Assembly: GCA_002269645.1 (NCBI GenBank)
Contig: NIVC01000215.1
Location: forward strand, 496,001 to 560,000
Direction of reading: 5' to 3'
Length of the DNA: 64,000 bases
Origin: Macrostomum lignano
Lineage: Eukaryota
Under the pieces are notes generated by a model, which was not told the origin of the DNA, searched no databases, and worked only from the letters and a program-made list of their open reading frames with translations. Positions 12,601-25,978 of the stretch are shown piece after piece (the first letter of the stretch is position 1; each line of letters begins with the position of its first letter). The position numbers and the translations under genes were made by a program.

Positions 12601-15600
12601 GAGACAGACACTGAGACAGACACTGAGACAGACACTGAGACAGACACTGAGACAGACACTGGGGCAGACACTGAGACAGGCACTGAGACAGACACTGAGA
12701 CAGACACTGAGACAGACACTGGGGCAGACACTGAGACAGGCACTGAGACAGGCACTGAGACAGGCACTGAGACAGGCACTGAGACAGGCACTGAGACAGG
12801 CAATGAGACAGACACTGAGACAGACACTGAGACAGACACTGAGACAGACACTGAGACAGCCACTGAGACAGCCACTGAGACAGGCACTGAGACATGCACT
12901 GAGACAGGCACTGAGACAGACACTGGGGCAGGCACTGAGACAGGCACTGGAGCAGACACTGAGACAGACACTGGGGCAGACACTGAGACAGGCACTGAGA
13001 AAGGCACTAAGGCAGGCACTGAGACAGGCACTGGAGCAGACACTGAGACAGACACTGAGACAGGCACTGAGACAGACACTGAGACAGGCACTGAGACAGG
13101 CACTGAGACAGGCACTGAGACAGGCACTGAGACAGGCACTGGGACAGACACTGAGACAGACACTGAGACAAACACTGGGACAGACACTGAGACAGACACT
13201 GAGACAGACACTGAGACAGACACTGAGACAGACACTGAGACAGGCACTGAGACAGGCACTGGGACAGACACTGGGACAGACATGAGACATCAGACAGGCA
13301 TTAAGAGAGGCAGACCAGACAGACAGTCGAACAAATAGCCCCAATTTCCACTTTTTTTAGTCTGCTCTGCGCGCTCACAATATTCTCAACGGTGTTCTCA
13401 ACGCTGATCCAGACTCAGAGCACCCTATCTCGCACTGGAATCGTGGAGATCATCAAACAGTCGGGTCCAGCCTCCACCGGCTTGACCTTCATCTGGATTC
13501 CCGTCTTATTCGGTCAGTTCGGCGTCTTTGGCAGCATCCTGTGCGTTTTGTTCTTCCTCTGCTTGAGCTTCGCTGGAGTGAGCTCGCTGATTGCTAATAT
13601 TGAGCTGACTTCGCTCACCCTGCAGGACTTTGGCAGTGAGTCTCCGCTGTTTCTGTTGCTTGAAGAATTTATAAATAGAGGAGAGAAAGGGAGAGAATGG
13701 AAAAGAGAAAGGGTGGAGAAAGGGGGAGAGAAAGGGGGAGAGAAAGGGGGAGAGAAAAGGAGAGAGAGAAAAGGGGAGAGAAAGGGGAGTGAAAGGGTCG
13801 AGAAAGGGGAGAGGAAGGGGGAGAGAAAGGGGAGAGAAAGGGGAGTGAAAGGGGAGAGAAAAGGGAGTGAAAGGGTAGAGAAAGGGGAGAGGAAGGGGCA
13901 GAGAAAGGGGAGAGAAAGGGAGAGAGAATTTACAACCATAACCTTTACTCTCTACAGTTCCAAGAAAGTTCGGCACGCCAATTGTGATTGGTGTGACATT
14001 TATAATTGGTTTGCCGTCAGCTATTAGTGTGACTATTCTAAGAAATCAGGTCAGTTCAAATTCGACTTAAGAGTGTACGAGGTATTTTTCTTAAAATTCC
14101 CTTCCTTAACCAATTGAATTGATGATTAAAAATAATTGAAAATTGCAGGATTTTGTATGGGGCTTCGCTCTGATGATTTCTGGGATAATGTTTCAACTGC
14201 TAGTGATCAAGTACGGCTTTCGGGCCTTTCAAAATGAGGTCGTTAATAACTATGGCACAAACGATTGGCCGTTAACCATTGTCACTATGATTATTATTGT
14301 GTAAGTTCCTATGTCTGCCAACAATTGGTTTTGGCCCTTTAAATGTGGATAAAAGATATGGAAATTTACGAGGGTGAGAGAGGCAAGCGAGAAGAAATGT
14401 ACATGGGGGAGAGAGGGAAAGAGAGAAGAAATGTACATGGTGGAGAGAGGGAAAGAGAGAAGAAATGTACATAATGGAGAGAGGGAAAGAGAGAAGAAAT
14501 GAACATGGGGGAGAGAGGGAAAGAGAGAAGAAATGTACATGGGGGAGAGAGGGAAAGAGCAAAGAAATGCACAAGGCGGGGGAGGGAAAGAAAAAAGATA
14601 TGTACATTGGGGGAGAGAAGAAAAGAGATAAAAAAGAAATGCATATTGGGAGAAAGAGGGCGAGAAAGAAGAATTGTACATGGGGGGAGAGAGTAGATGG
14701 GGGAGAGGGGGAAAGAAAGAAGAAATGTACATGGGGTTTCGAGAGCGGGGGCGAGAGACAAGATTTACACCAAGAGAAAGAAAGGGAAGAGCGGTGAGAG
14801 AAGTGATGTACAATAATTGAGAGGAGCAGAGAAGGGAGAAACGTGTACGCAAAGTAAAAGGCAAATAATGTACAAGAGGCAAAACTAGAGAAAATTACTT
14901 CTCTGCCGCAGAGTTGTCGCTCCCATCGAGGCGATCGGCCTGCTGGTTTGGTGGGGCTACGAGATTATTTCTTCGACTTCCGATGCGCCAACGGGCGAGC
15001 GCTGGTTCGACTACGGCGTTGAAACTTTTATGACTGTCGTCACTGAGGTATTGAATTTTTTTTATTGTTTTTTATGTTCGTTTCTGTATATGCTACTGTC
15101 GAATTAGGTATTTCTGTATTCCCTGTCCATCTTGGTTATGAAATTCCCCTGTCTTATCTTGGTTTCGGGATTCCCCTGTCTTATCTTGGTCTTGGGATTC
15201 CCCTGTCATAACTTGTTTTTGGGATTTCCCGATCTTATCTTGGTTTTGGGATTTCTCTGTCTTATCTTGGTTTTGGGATTCCCTTGTCTAATCTTGATTT
15301 TGGGATTTCCCTCCTTATCTTAGATTTCTCTGTCCTCTCTTGGTTTTAGGATTTTCCTGACTTTCCTTTTAGGATTTCCTTGTCCTATCTTGGATTTGGG
15401 GATTTTCATGTCAAATCTTGTTTCTAAGATTCCCACGGGTTCGCGGATTTCCCAAACAGTCGAGGATAGTTAGGATTCACCCATCTACGAGTACATGTAA
15501 GTTGTGCAGCTAAAAGTTCTTATTGGGTTAAAATTTTGTTTAAATCCAATATATTGAATTAATTTGATTGAATTGCCAACTCGACACAATTTTCAATCCC

Positions 15601-15807
15601 ACTCAGTGGCTCACACTGCTCATCCTGCTCCTATTCGTGAACGTGCTCGTGTACTACATAAGGCCGGCATTCATGCAGACTGACAACAAAGTGCAGCAGA
15701 TTGACGAGTCTGAGAATGACGGCGCCTTTGAGATGAAGCATCCCGGCTTGTACACCAGAGAGGGGGCCAATGGACAGGACAATGTGGCCTATGCCAACGA
15801 TAAGTAG
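6610..15807 (+). CDS. SLC6/NSS sodium-dependent transporter, prokaryote-like subgroup, 564 aa, 11 exons
   Basis: Exons 6610-6630, 7317-7458, 9184-9367, 9457-9580, 10242-10446, 11944-12106, 13361-13635, 13958-14049, 14149-14300, 14912-15047, 15607-15807. All introns GT-AG; total 1695 nt, open frame. Motifs: TM1 [15 protein letters not shown]2 [10 protein letters not shown]6 [15 protein letters not shown]8 FAGVSS. Confidence 0.93.
6670..7230. repeat. Minisatellite GGGAATTAGACT(GA)nGAAT in SLC6 intron 1
   Basis: Fixed core with variable GA spacer. Confidence 0.9.
7780..9080. repeat. AG-rich (GAGAG/GAGAT) simple repeat in SLC6 intron 2
   Basis: Purine tract; source of the spurious 486-aa LLSPLSS ORF. 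Confidence 0.93.
9590..10055. repeat. Degenerate 12-bp repeat (GAGATTGAGGGT-like) in SLC6 intron 4
   Basis: Recurring ggtgagatt with 12-bp periodicity. Confidence 0.85.
10518..11852. repeat. 42-bp higher-order repeat of six 7-mers in SLC6 intron 5
   Basis: Unit ctacagg-ctacagg-ctacaaa-ctacaga-ttacaac-ctacaac, about 31 copies. Confidence 0.96.
12109..13285. repeat. 12-bp satellite GAGACAG(G/A)CACT in SLC6 intron 6
   Basis: Same unit as 605-1824 but more variant-rich; starts within the 5' splice site region (ag|gtgggacaggcact). Confidence 0.96.
13680..15420. repeat. Short degenerate arrays in SLC6 introns 7, 9 and 10
   Basis: AG-rich array ~13680-13927; gagagagggaaagagagaagaaatgtacatgggg-like units ~14390-14730; ~27-bp ttggttttgggattcccctgtcttatc units ~15130-15420. 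Confidence 0.8.
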
Positions 15808-18775
15808 ACTGCGCATATTATAAAAGCGGCCGCTACTACTGATGGTAGCACTTAGTAGTAGGTTGAGCTCTCTTTCTAATGCGGTTAGAAATTAATGCGG
15901 TTACACTTGATGAGAAGCGCAATTTTAGGTCAATCTAGTTCGAATATTTCGAACAATTCAATTGAGTTGGACTTCCAGGTAAAGATGGACTTTTCTATGA
16001 GCGTAGTAGTCCATAACTAGACTCGGCGCATCTTTGTAAAGGGTTTAAACTATAGCTATCGTTTACTTTACTTTATTGCCCAGTGCAATATTGTTCTAAT
16101 TATTGTAAACATATTTTATCACCACACAAACAATAAACAGTTATTTACTTGCAGCCACACAGTGCTGCACATATTAGCTGCGGCTAACACACTACTACTG
16201 TATGCAAAGCCAGTACCTCGGTAAGTTGTGATTGTTTTTTAATTACGAGATAATTATTTCTTTAAATGTACATGTAACATGTAAATCATGTTAAATACAT
16301 CATGTTTATACATGTACATGTACCTTTTATATAACCTTTGTAATGAGGCAGGCCCTATTTTTAATTACCGTTTAAATTGATGATATTTTGTTAGAATGAA
16401 CACCTTTTTTATTGTGCGCGTTGTTTTATTGGCCTAACGCCGCGTAATACCTTCCCACCTGACGCTCTCGATCCGACTATAATAAATATCACGGTAGTTT
16501 CTCCCAAAATAAAATCATTCTTTCTTCTTTCTTTTCTCCGACCCTTCCTCTCGGAGTAATTTGGTCCATTTTGTTGCAACTGATCAGTTTAATCATTATA
16601 GAAAAAAGAAAAACCTTACTGTTGGATGCATAGTTGCGGTGCATACTTGGATGTATAGCTACCGCTCGGTAAACTATGCTACTAGCTCTTTTTGATTAGG
16701 TAATTAATTATTGATACAGTGAAATAAAGAATTAATAAAATAATTAAGTGTTCTCCAATTTTGAATCTGAAAATTTTTATGGGTTTTGACCTTTCGGCCC
16801 CTTGTGGGGTAGCCTTCGGGCCTCAGGTCTCAGAAATAAATCAATTAGAGTCCTGACCCCCCACTCCTGTCAGATGGTCAGCCCCATGGTAGCTTGATCG
16901 TGTGGCGAGCAGTCTAGGTCCTATAGCTAAGAGAGGGACAGCGAGAGACAAGCAGGGAGAATTTTGAAGGTAGAAATCAGCTAATCCGCAGATTAGATAA
17001 CTTGCTGCCACCAGCCCGTGCGTCCTGGCTCACCAAACCGGGACTCTCGAAATCGGGCTTCCGACTAGAAGGGACTTTGCACTTACCTGCCAACTAGTGT
17101 CTTTTTGCTGTCAATCTCGAAGTCATAGCCGATGATAAGGGACACTGCTGGGACTAGATCGCATTGGCCATGCAGGTACAGAGCGGACTTGTGCAGGGGA
17201 TTCTTGCAGTGGCGAGACTATGGGGTAGCTACATGTACTATTACATTGCTAAATACGAGGAATTGTACTTTTGGCCTTCAACGCGCCAACTAGCCTCTCC
17301 TAGCGCTGATGATAGACTAACTCGAACATCAGAGACCGCATTATTCATTACCCGAGCCGCTTGGCTACCCTAGAGTGCACAAAGTACATCTCTGGCGCCG
17401 ATTCTGCAATACTGGCAATTTCGCTAAATGATTTGATAGATTGATCGGCTGAGAACTGCCTTGCCATTGGTCCACTGTGACCGGCGCCTACTAGCTTAGC
17501 TACTCATCTGAGCCATCGGCGAACAAAGAAATAAAACCGATAAAAATAACTGTCAGATTTAACCTTCTCCTTGAATCACTTCACACCTCAGATTAAATTG
17601 GAGCTTCAGACTACTAGCAGTATTATTGAATGGTTTCTGCCTCAGTAACAGCACTACTGAACAAAATGAGCAAAAGTGTGCGCCTAATCCAGCTACTGAA
17701 ACAGGAGACAGATAGGGAATCAGCCAATCAATCAAGTCTAGGTAGCCTCTCACCCAACCAATCAGAAACTCAACAGCCGGAGACCAGGTAATCCACAGTG
17801 ACCGAATCGGCTTGATGCTTCGCAGCTGTAGACCCGGGATGATGCGGATGTCACGGTCTTCGCAGATAGCTAGCAGGTGATGCTCTTAACTTTGATGTTC
17901 ACTGCTGATGACCGGGGGAATTCGTCCTTGATGATGATGGGGGAGTCGCAATCCGGGGATCAAGAAACGACGGTCGGGCCCAAAAATTAATGAAAACATA
18001 TACATTAGAAAGCTCTTATTAAGTTGAAAGTGAAGATAATGAAGAGAAATCGCTAATCGCTAATCCCAACGTACTTTTAGGGGTGAAACGCATAGCTGTC
18101 AAAGCTGTCACACGCTTGAGTGAACCCGAACAATAGGCTCTGACCTCATAAATCTTGATGGCCTGTCAAAATGATGAGAAAAAAGCTACCGCCCGCATCC
18201 TTTCAGACCATCTGGCGCCAGTCTCAACACTGAGTGAGGCGCAGGTGGCTGTCAGACCAGCTCAAAAGCAATGATTTATGACCCCCAAAGGTAGCAAAAA
18301 AACCGCCCTATGTTATTATAACTACAAGTATGGCAGATTCATATAGCTACAGAAGTCCTACTAGTATGAATTCTAGAAAAATTACGAAAAAATGAAAAAA
18401 ATGCCCATAACCTGCTGTTAGTAGGCTAGCAAGTTTAGAGCCCATGTGCTAGCGTGGAATTTGGGAAAAAGTGCGTCCTCATCATATTAAATATTTCAAG
18501 TCGAATCCATGCAATACCCTGTGCTGTGGTTGTACAGTACTTGTACATGTGAAAGATCAGAATTACGTGAAATTTTTCTATTGTAAAACAAAAACAACAA
18601 CTATAGCTAGCTGTAAACCATGCACCCTGCATTAATTACAAAAACAATGAATGGTGAAATCGACCGTAAAGCTGGACAGTTTAGTTTTGTCGAGTTATGC
18701 TAGCCGTGTGACCGATCCATTCAGCGACTCCCTAACGGCGATCTGGCACGGGAGGTGAGAAGTGTCTGTCCCGAT

Positions 18776-18897
18776 CCCTGATAGGGTGTCGATCTGTCCC
18801 TCCCTGATAGGGTGTCTGTCCCTCCCTGATAGGGTGTCTGTCCCTCCCTGATAGGGTGTCTGTCCCTCCCTGATAGGGTGTCTGTCCCTCCCTGATA
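18776..18897. repeat. 23-bp tandem repeat (ctgatagggtgtctgtccctccc), about 5 copies
   Basis: Direct tandem units visible. Confidence 0.85.
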
Positions 18898-21314
18898 AGA
18901 ATCTGCACGACTTCGATGTTCCAGCTATTTCCCTATTTTGAGTCTCCATGACTTCAATTCTGGCCCTATCTGATCTGAGTCTGCACGACTTCGATGTTCG
19001 ATGTTCGATTATAGCTCGTATTAAAGAAAATTTGACTTCAGAAAGTTAAACAGCATATTTTTCCGCCCAGGTGAGGTCTTTATAAACTGTTTGACTGCTG
19101 TAATTAGCTGCATGGCGTAAGTTTAAACAAAATTAAACGATTAAAACAAACATGCAGGGTGTTAAAACAAAAAATTTAGAAAATTCCTGAATGACTGTTA
19201 GTTTTTTGCGACTTGTAGTACAGAAGTAGTATCGTGCGCTAATTCTATGACCTATTTCAATAGCATTTGAAAAAAAGCAGCTATATAACTGTATGTACAA
19301 TTAATTAATATGTACAAAGTTGTGTTTGATAAAATTGATGCAGTGATGATGCAGCAACATTCGCTGCACCTCGCAATTTATAACTGTCGCTCAATACAAG
19401 TCTAGAACTCATGATGATAATAACTGCAGAAGGGTTATGGGCATACATGCAGAATTGTGACATTGTCCCACAACCAGCACTGAGGCAAATTTGCCCATTC
19501 CGCTGACTTTAATAAATACAAATATCGATTTTGGAATTTAAATGTTGGAATAGGTAATTTAAAGGTAAAAGTAAAACTTAAATCTGTTTAAATAATTACG
19601 AATTTCAAAAAATCATTATTTTCTGGAAAAATGTCACAGAGTAACCGAAAACGATTAACAAAACTGTAAAGAAATGAAAATAATAGAGCTTATTAGACAT
19701 GAAGATTTATGTTTTGCTTTGTAAATGAGTTATTATATTTATCTGAATTCAAATTTGTCCTATTGTTTTTGTTAGTTCAAATCTATTGACTATTGCACAC
19801 ACAGCATCATCATTCTGTTTTGTAAATTTTGTCATTTTGAAGGCCCTATGCCAATTATTGCAATATTGGCAGTGTATAGGCCTATGTCATATAAAATTTT
19901 AATATAACAGGGATTTCAATGTTTGAATCATGTCAATAAAGTTGCATTGCCATTAGGACTAGGCCTATAAGATTATTATTTAACAACTTGATAACTTAAT
20001 AGGCCTACCAAGAGGCATGCCTCCCTCAGCTACAGGCCTACAGCCAAAAAAATTTGGCCACCAAATATTTTTTTGGCCTGAAAATATGCCAGGTCTATTT
20101 TCAAATATTGGGTTGTAGCCTCACTTTCAAATCTGTTATACAGTATGCTAGAAAAAGTGACCCGACCCTACGACCCACCATTTTGAAAAGTGAAATTTTC
20201 TAGTAGATTGTTTTTATATGCTATTTAGGCCTAGTCTTTAGGGCATATGCCAACCATTTTTCATGTCTGTTGTATGCCAGAATTTTCTGGCATATATGTA
20301 GGCCTAAGATTCAGGAGTAGAAGGTTGTAGTGCATAGTATAACTTGCCCCCCCCATAAAAAGTTTCTAGATCTAGATCTATGCCTACATCACTAATAAAT
20401 TTAGGCCTAGTAACAATGTCAAGATTATCTATTAGGCCTATTAAGTATTAAGCCCCTAGCCTAATAGCTATTACTACAAATATTATTAATTTATTATAAT
20501 ATAGGCTTACATACTATAAATAGAATTAAGTTATCAATTTTAATCACTATTTAAAAAATAATATGAAAGTTTAAAGTAGTATTCCCCCATACAGGGGTCT
20601 ATATGCTGTATCCATAAGCAACTAAGTAACTATGGCTTCTTCTAATTCTCCATATATTCTAGGCCTCCCAGTGGGGATTTTCTATGCACCCCAATGTTCG
20701 CCAGATCCTACGCCCAGCAGTCGGGCACCTTGCGCCTGGGCGCATTCTGTGTCCAACCGCCCCGATGGTGCCCCGGATAGCCCCAGGTGCTTTCTAGAAA
20801 AAAATGAAGATAAATTCCCTTTACTCTACTATAAGTAGAGTGTGCCGTATGTCGTTCGTCATTCGCATTTAAATATTTTAGGCTGTAGAAATTCCCACCA
20901 GCAGCTCGCCATCCTGCTCCATTCCCCACCCATGCACTTCGAGTTAGTATATACTCATACAAATTAAGCGTCTATCCTTTCAATATATGAATTTCATATC
21001 AAAGATAGACAAAAATATAAACTATTTCTTAGCTTCCAATCTCTGTGTAGATATAAATTTAGCTTCATATTTATTGGTAATTAAATCTGAATTAGTTTGC
21101 TGATGAATTCATGTAAATTATCGTTAAAAACAATATTGTATAACATACATAGTATGCACTGCAATGCAAATGCAAGATAGTAACCGAAATAATTTGATAA
21201 ATAGTATAATGTTGTCGCTGTACAAATTTCAAAATTTCAATGGAAAAAAAAATAAGCAAAAAAATAGTCAAACAAATATAGAGATATTTACATAAAGGAA
21301 GAGAATGCTGGCTT

Positions 21315-23705
21315 TTAAAGACCACTAAATTCGTTCATAATGTCCGAAGCCTCGTCATCCGACAACTCCATCAGTTCATATTCACTTTGGTGAGGTCGGT
21401 GCAAAGAAAGTCTTTTTTGCGGCGGACGACTGGCGAGCTGTGAGCCAGGTCTCTTCGGCTGTGTGTGTGAAGCGGAGCCAACTGGCGAACTTGTGTTGGC
21501 TAGCATCACTGAAGCCGTCGGAGAGGCAGACGCCGCGACAGCCATCAAGCAATTAGCAGCCGGCAAATTCGTCTTGCTTAGCAGACCCAGGCGGCTGATG
21601 GATGAACTTCTGACATTTGAACTGGAAGCAGTCGCAGATGCAGAGGGACCGTCAGTTGGATTGTCGGACCGCCATCGATGGGACCTCTTCGACAATTGGT
21701 CGATGCCTCGATGCAGAATCTCGCGGCAGGCATTGCTCACAAAAGGCAGTGTCAAAGTGCCTGCCTCCATCGAGACGCCGTAAATGCTCATGGCAACATC
21801 TGAGTGATTTTTGTATGAAAGAATAACTTGAACAAGTTGTTGCTACTGCTAATAGTAGACTATTTCGGTTAGGATTTCCTACACATCAAACTTTAGCGAA
21901 GTTCAGTATTTTTTAATATTGTTCATTCAATAAATCCTAGCTGAGTACCTGATTTAATTACACTAAATAAAACTATTTCGAAGAAATTCAATAACAAAAG
22001 TAACAGAATTCGGGCCGCTTCTTACCTTGAACATGTTGCAGCAGAACGAACTTGAACCCAAGGGCTGAGTCGGACAGCTCAGTCAGCACGCCAGCCTCCC
22101 TGCACTTAGCCCGCAGGCCTTGTCCGCTGAAATTGACTGCGGCCTGCATCTCCGCAGTCAAGCAGGTGTTGATCATAGATAGCATCGTATCTGCGGCAGT
22201 CCTCATTTTTCGGCTTGGCAGCACTTTTTTCTGTTGGTTTTGAGTGGTTGATTTCTGATGAAGTAAGAAACGGAATTAAAATTTATTACTATATAAGTAA
22301 TGTACTCACCAACTCTAACGTCCACTCTGCAGGCGCATTCTGAGCGTACTGAACATATGCTTCCCATGAAGCGATGGGCCAGAACTTTATTTCCTCTTCT
22401 ATTGGCTGCTGGCCCCGGGTTATAGTCAGCCGCAGCAGCTGCAGCTCTTCTTTGACAGTGGACAGCTCGGCTAAACATCAGTTCTGTCGGGCTTCCATCT
22501 GTTGGAACTTCAGGGCAGTCTCGTGAAGGACCGACAGAGCAACAAACAAGATGCCGCGATTGCTTTCCAGTGGAAAATCTAGTAGGGACTGAATTTGCTG
22601 TTCAGGGCCTTTGACGGCCTTACCAGAGAAGCGCCCAAAGTTCACTGGCGCCGCCGCAGCCGTGCCATCTTGAGCTGCCGCTGCTGCTTCCGCTTCCGCT
22701 GCCATTTCCACTTCCGCTTCTGCTGTTGCATCCGCTGCTGCTTCAGCTTCCGCTGTTGCTTCCGCTTCCGCTGCTGCTTCCGTTTCCGCCGTTGCTTTCG
22801 CTTCTGCTGCTGCTTTCGCTACTGCTGCTGCTGCAGCCGCTGCAGTGGCTGCCGCCTTAGCTGCCGCCAATTTTGCGAGCGCTGCTACTGCTACTGATGC
22901 ATTGTTAGCAGGTTTCGGGATGGTGGATGCAGCTGGTGATGTTGCAGCAGCTGGCAGTGGACAAAGTTTTGCCACTGTCTCAGGCATAGCTTGGTCGGGT
23001 AGCTGCAACGGAAGCAACTGTGTATGGCTGCTTCTTTCCGACCATTGAAGAAGTGATCCGTGTCAGAAGCGGAACCAAAGGACATGTCCTGTTAATTTAG
23101 ATAAAATTAGAGAATAAAGTACACTAGCTTTTCAGTCTGCAGACTGCGACACAGCACTGCAATATCTTTAACTTCTTGTCTCTGAGAGGGAGAGCTGAAG
23201 AGGGTCAGAGTGAGGGAGGTTTACAAATTAAGAAAAAATGTATTAACTCACTGCACATTGAAAGCTACGTTGTGCTTGTCGCATGTCATCAGCCGAGAAT
23301 ATTCTTGGTCTAATATGGCGGATGACTTCGGCGATTGTCCGCTTTCTGGACACGAGGTCTCGGGCAAAGCGTAGGCTCGGAGGCTCCAGATAGTTGTGCA
23401 GAATCGCCTGTAAGTTTTTCATTGATTTATTTCATCTGATAAGACGGAGATGATATGAGACAGATATCGACAAACTGTGATGAGGAGATAAAATTGAAAG
23501 TAAAAAAGCAACTGACCTGAAGGACTTCAGCTGTGAAGAACTTTCCCTTGTACTTCGCTTTGCAGTGCTACCTCTCTTCACTGTCCTTCAAGAGTAGCAA
23601 TTTGGCTACCGATGGATTTTTTAATACACAAGGAAATAGCTGTACCTCTGCTTCTGTCACTTCAATAACCTGCCTGTCGGCTTCAAAAATTACTAGAAAT
23701 TTCAT
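21315..23705 (-). pseudogene. Spliced transposon accessory gene, Ala-rich with coiled coil and DUF4806/BEN-like C-terminal domain; disrupted
   Basis: ATG at 23705 (MKFLVIFEADRQVIEV..). Frame-consistent distal exons are ~23017-22310, 22230-22026 and 21799-21315 (..KFWPIASWEAY..|KKVLPS..TMLSMINTCLTAEMQAAVNFSGQG..|D..REILHRGIDQLSKR). In-frame stops are TAG 23568-70 and TGA 22478-80. Middle exon phasing is unresolved. Confidence 0.62.
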
Positions 23706-24019
23706 AATGAGGCAAATTTTGAAAAAATCTGATTATGGAAATATAAAATTTTAAATGCCTATTTGCGACTCAGTGAACAACACGAAAATCAAAGCTTACT
23801 ATTTGGTGGCGGAGTGGGACTGAAAATATATTTTGCTAGGGGGAGAATTGGGAAGCGAATTCTCCTGCCCTCTCATTGGTCGGTTGTGAATATTCCGCAA
23901 CCAATGCCAATGAATAATACTTGAGAGTTAGCTTGACCGTTAGATAGTTGTTAGATTGCATTTTTACTAAAGCCATAATTTACTTTCACTTAATTTATCA
24001 TTCAATTTTGGCCACATAA

Positions 24020-25978
24020 TTGATGGCTTCTCGAAAAGTGAGACGATTGACGAGCAAGCGTTTGCTAGCATTATTTAAAGATGATGACTGCGATGACTGT
24101 GACGTAGACTGCAAAACACTAGAGTATGCCTCTAATGAGCCCAGTGTCCAGGAAGTTAAAGGAGACAATGAAGAAGATTTCGGTGGTGTAGAGTTCGACG
24201 ACTTGCAGTCGATAAGTGAAAGTGACGAAGACATGGAGAACGACAAGGATGAGGATAATCGGCCATTGGAAGAGAAGCTGGAGGCACTGCTTGTGCTTTT
24301 CTTCACAACCTACAACATTTCTCATGACGCCATGGCTTTTCTGTTAGCCGGATTATGCGACATTGGTTTGCCTGTCTCAAAGTCCATAACCAAGATCGAA
24401 CGACTGGCTAGAGAAGACTGTCCTACTGGGGACTTGTTGGCCATGGGAGACAGGCACTTTCGCTATGTGTCCATTCTAGAGAATCTGCAACTGCTGCTTT
24501 CAAAAAATTTGTTGACCCTTCGACCAGAAAATTTGCAGCATCAAGGTCCAACAAAGGTGTACAAATTCGACGCATTTTTAAATAGTGATGGAATTCCACT
24601 ATATAGATCCAGTCTCTTTGGTCTGTGGCCATTGCTTATGAAGATTCCATCCGCATTCGCAAAGCCGTTTCCAGTGGCTGTATGGGCCGGCTCTGGAAAG
24701 CCTCCAGTACAAGAGTACCTGCAACAGTTTTGCGAAGAAGTGAAAAGATTTCTATCTGGTCCAGTGAAAATCAACGAGAAGGTCAGCATAATGTTCTCCA
24801 CAATTTATTTTGTTGTTGATACACATGCGCGCAGCTTTTTGATGTGTACAATGGGTCACACAAGCTACTCGGGGTGTAGTTATTGTCAAGCTGTGGGTTC
24901 TCGTGCCGAAGGGAGAGTAACTTTTTCCATAACCGTTGGTCAGAGTAGATGCAGAAAAGATTATCGCTCCCTATTAGAGGACAATCTAAAAAGAGATGCT
25001 ACAGGTGCAATCCTCAAATCACCACTTCTGTGCTTGCCCAACATAGACTTCGTCAACTGTTTTCCGTTAGACTTTCAACATGCTGTTTGTCTGGGAGCAG
25101 TAAGAAAGCTAATGCACTATTACTTTGGAGAAGGAGGCTGTCGCTTTGGTCGCAGGCATATGAAGCCTTTGTCTGACTACATTGCCGCAATTGCCAGCTG
25201 GATGCCATCAAACTTCCAGAGAAGACCACACCGTATTGATAAGTGCTTAAGGTTTTTTAAGGCGACGGAGTTTAGACAATTTATCCTATATTTAGGCCCT
25301 GTGATATTCAAGGGATATCTTAAAGAAAAATTCTACAACAATTTTCTCCTCTTGCACTTCGCCGTATACTGCTATTCAATGGAAAGACATGCAAATATGT
25401 GGGATTCTGCAAAAAGCTGCATCGAGGTATTTGTTGAGCAGATATCGAAACTGTTTGGACAGAAGTCAATTAGTTATAACATCCACGCACTTCTTCATCT
25501 TGACCAGTTTGTTAGAAGACTGGGTAATTTAAACAATTTCAGTACTTTTGCATATGAAAACTAATTGGGAGCCATCAAGCGAAAGGTCAAAGTCACCAGG
25601 CATCTTGCTGCTCATTCAGTCCGGCAAGTTTTAAAAGTACGGAACATGTATCTCAGAGAGCCTACTAAAACGACTCTGGAATTTAGCACGAAGAAGGGAA
25701 ACAATTGTTGCATCATTGGGACAACTTTTATTCTTATCGATGAAGTAAAATCCGATGGCATGGTGACTGGCCGAGTGCTTCAGGCATGCGATAATCTGTA
25801 CACCTATCCCTTCAATTCACTGGAACTTGGGATTGGGATTTATCAGGTTACATCCGAAATTGCAACTGGCCGTCCGGAGCGGAAATGTTGGTTGCTTCCG
25901 TAGAATATTACACTGGCGGCTTCTGAAGCTGACGGCGAATTCTATAACGTCATTCCCATGACAGGGCAAGACGATTAG
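24020..25978 (+). pseudogene. CMC (EnSpm/Mirage-type) DDE transposase with two in-frame nonsense codons
   Basis: Motifs DGIPLYRS..LWP, VVDTHAR, GHTSYSGCSYC, PLDFQHAVCLG, FKATEFRQFILY, YNIHALLHL and FAYEN*LGAIK. The frame continues past TAA 25562-64 and TAG 25901-03 to ..YNVIPMTGQDD* at 25978. Confidence 0.88.

Noticed and set aside
22478-25903. Stop-codon reassignment or programmed readthrough in the transposon genes
   Set aside because: All three stop types occur and host genes end normally with TAA/TAG/TGA; ordinary decay is the simpler explanation.
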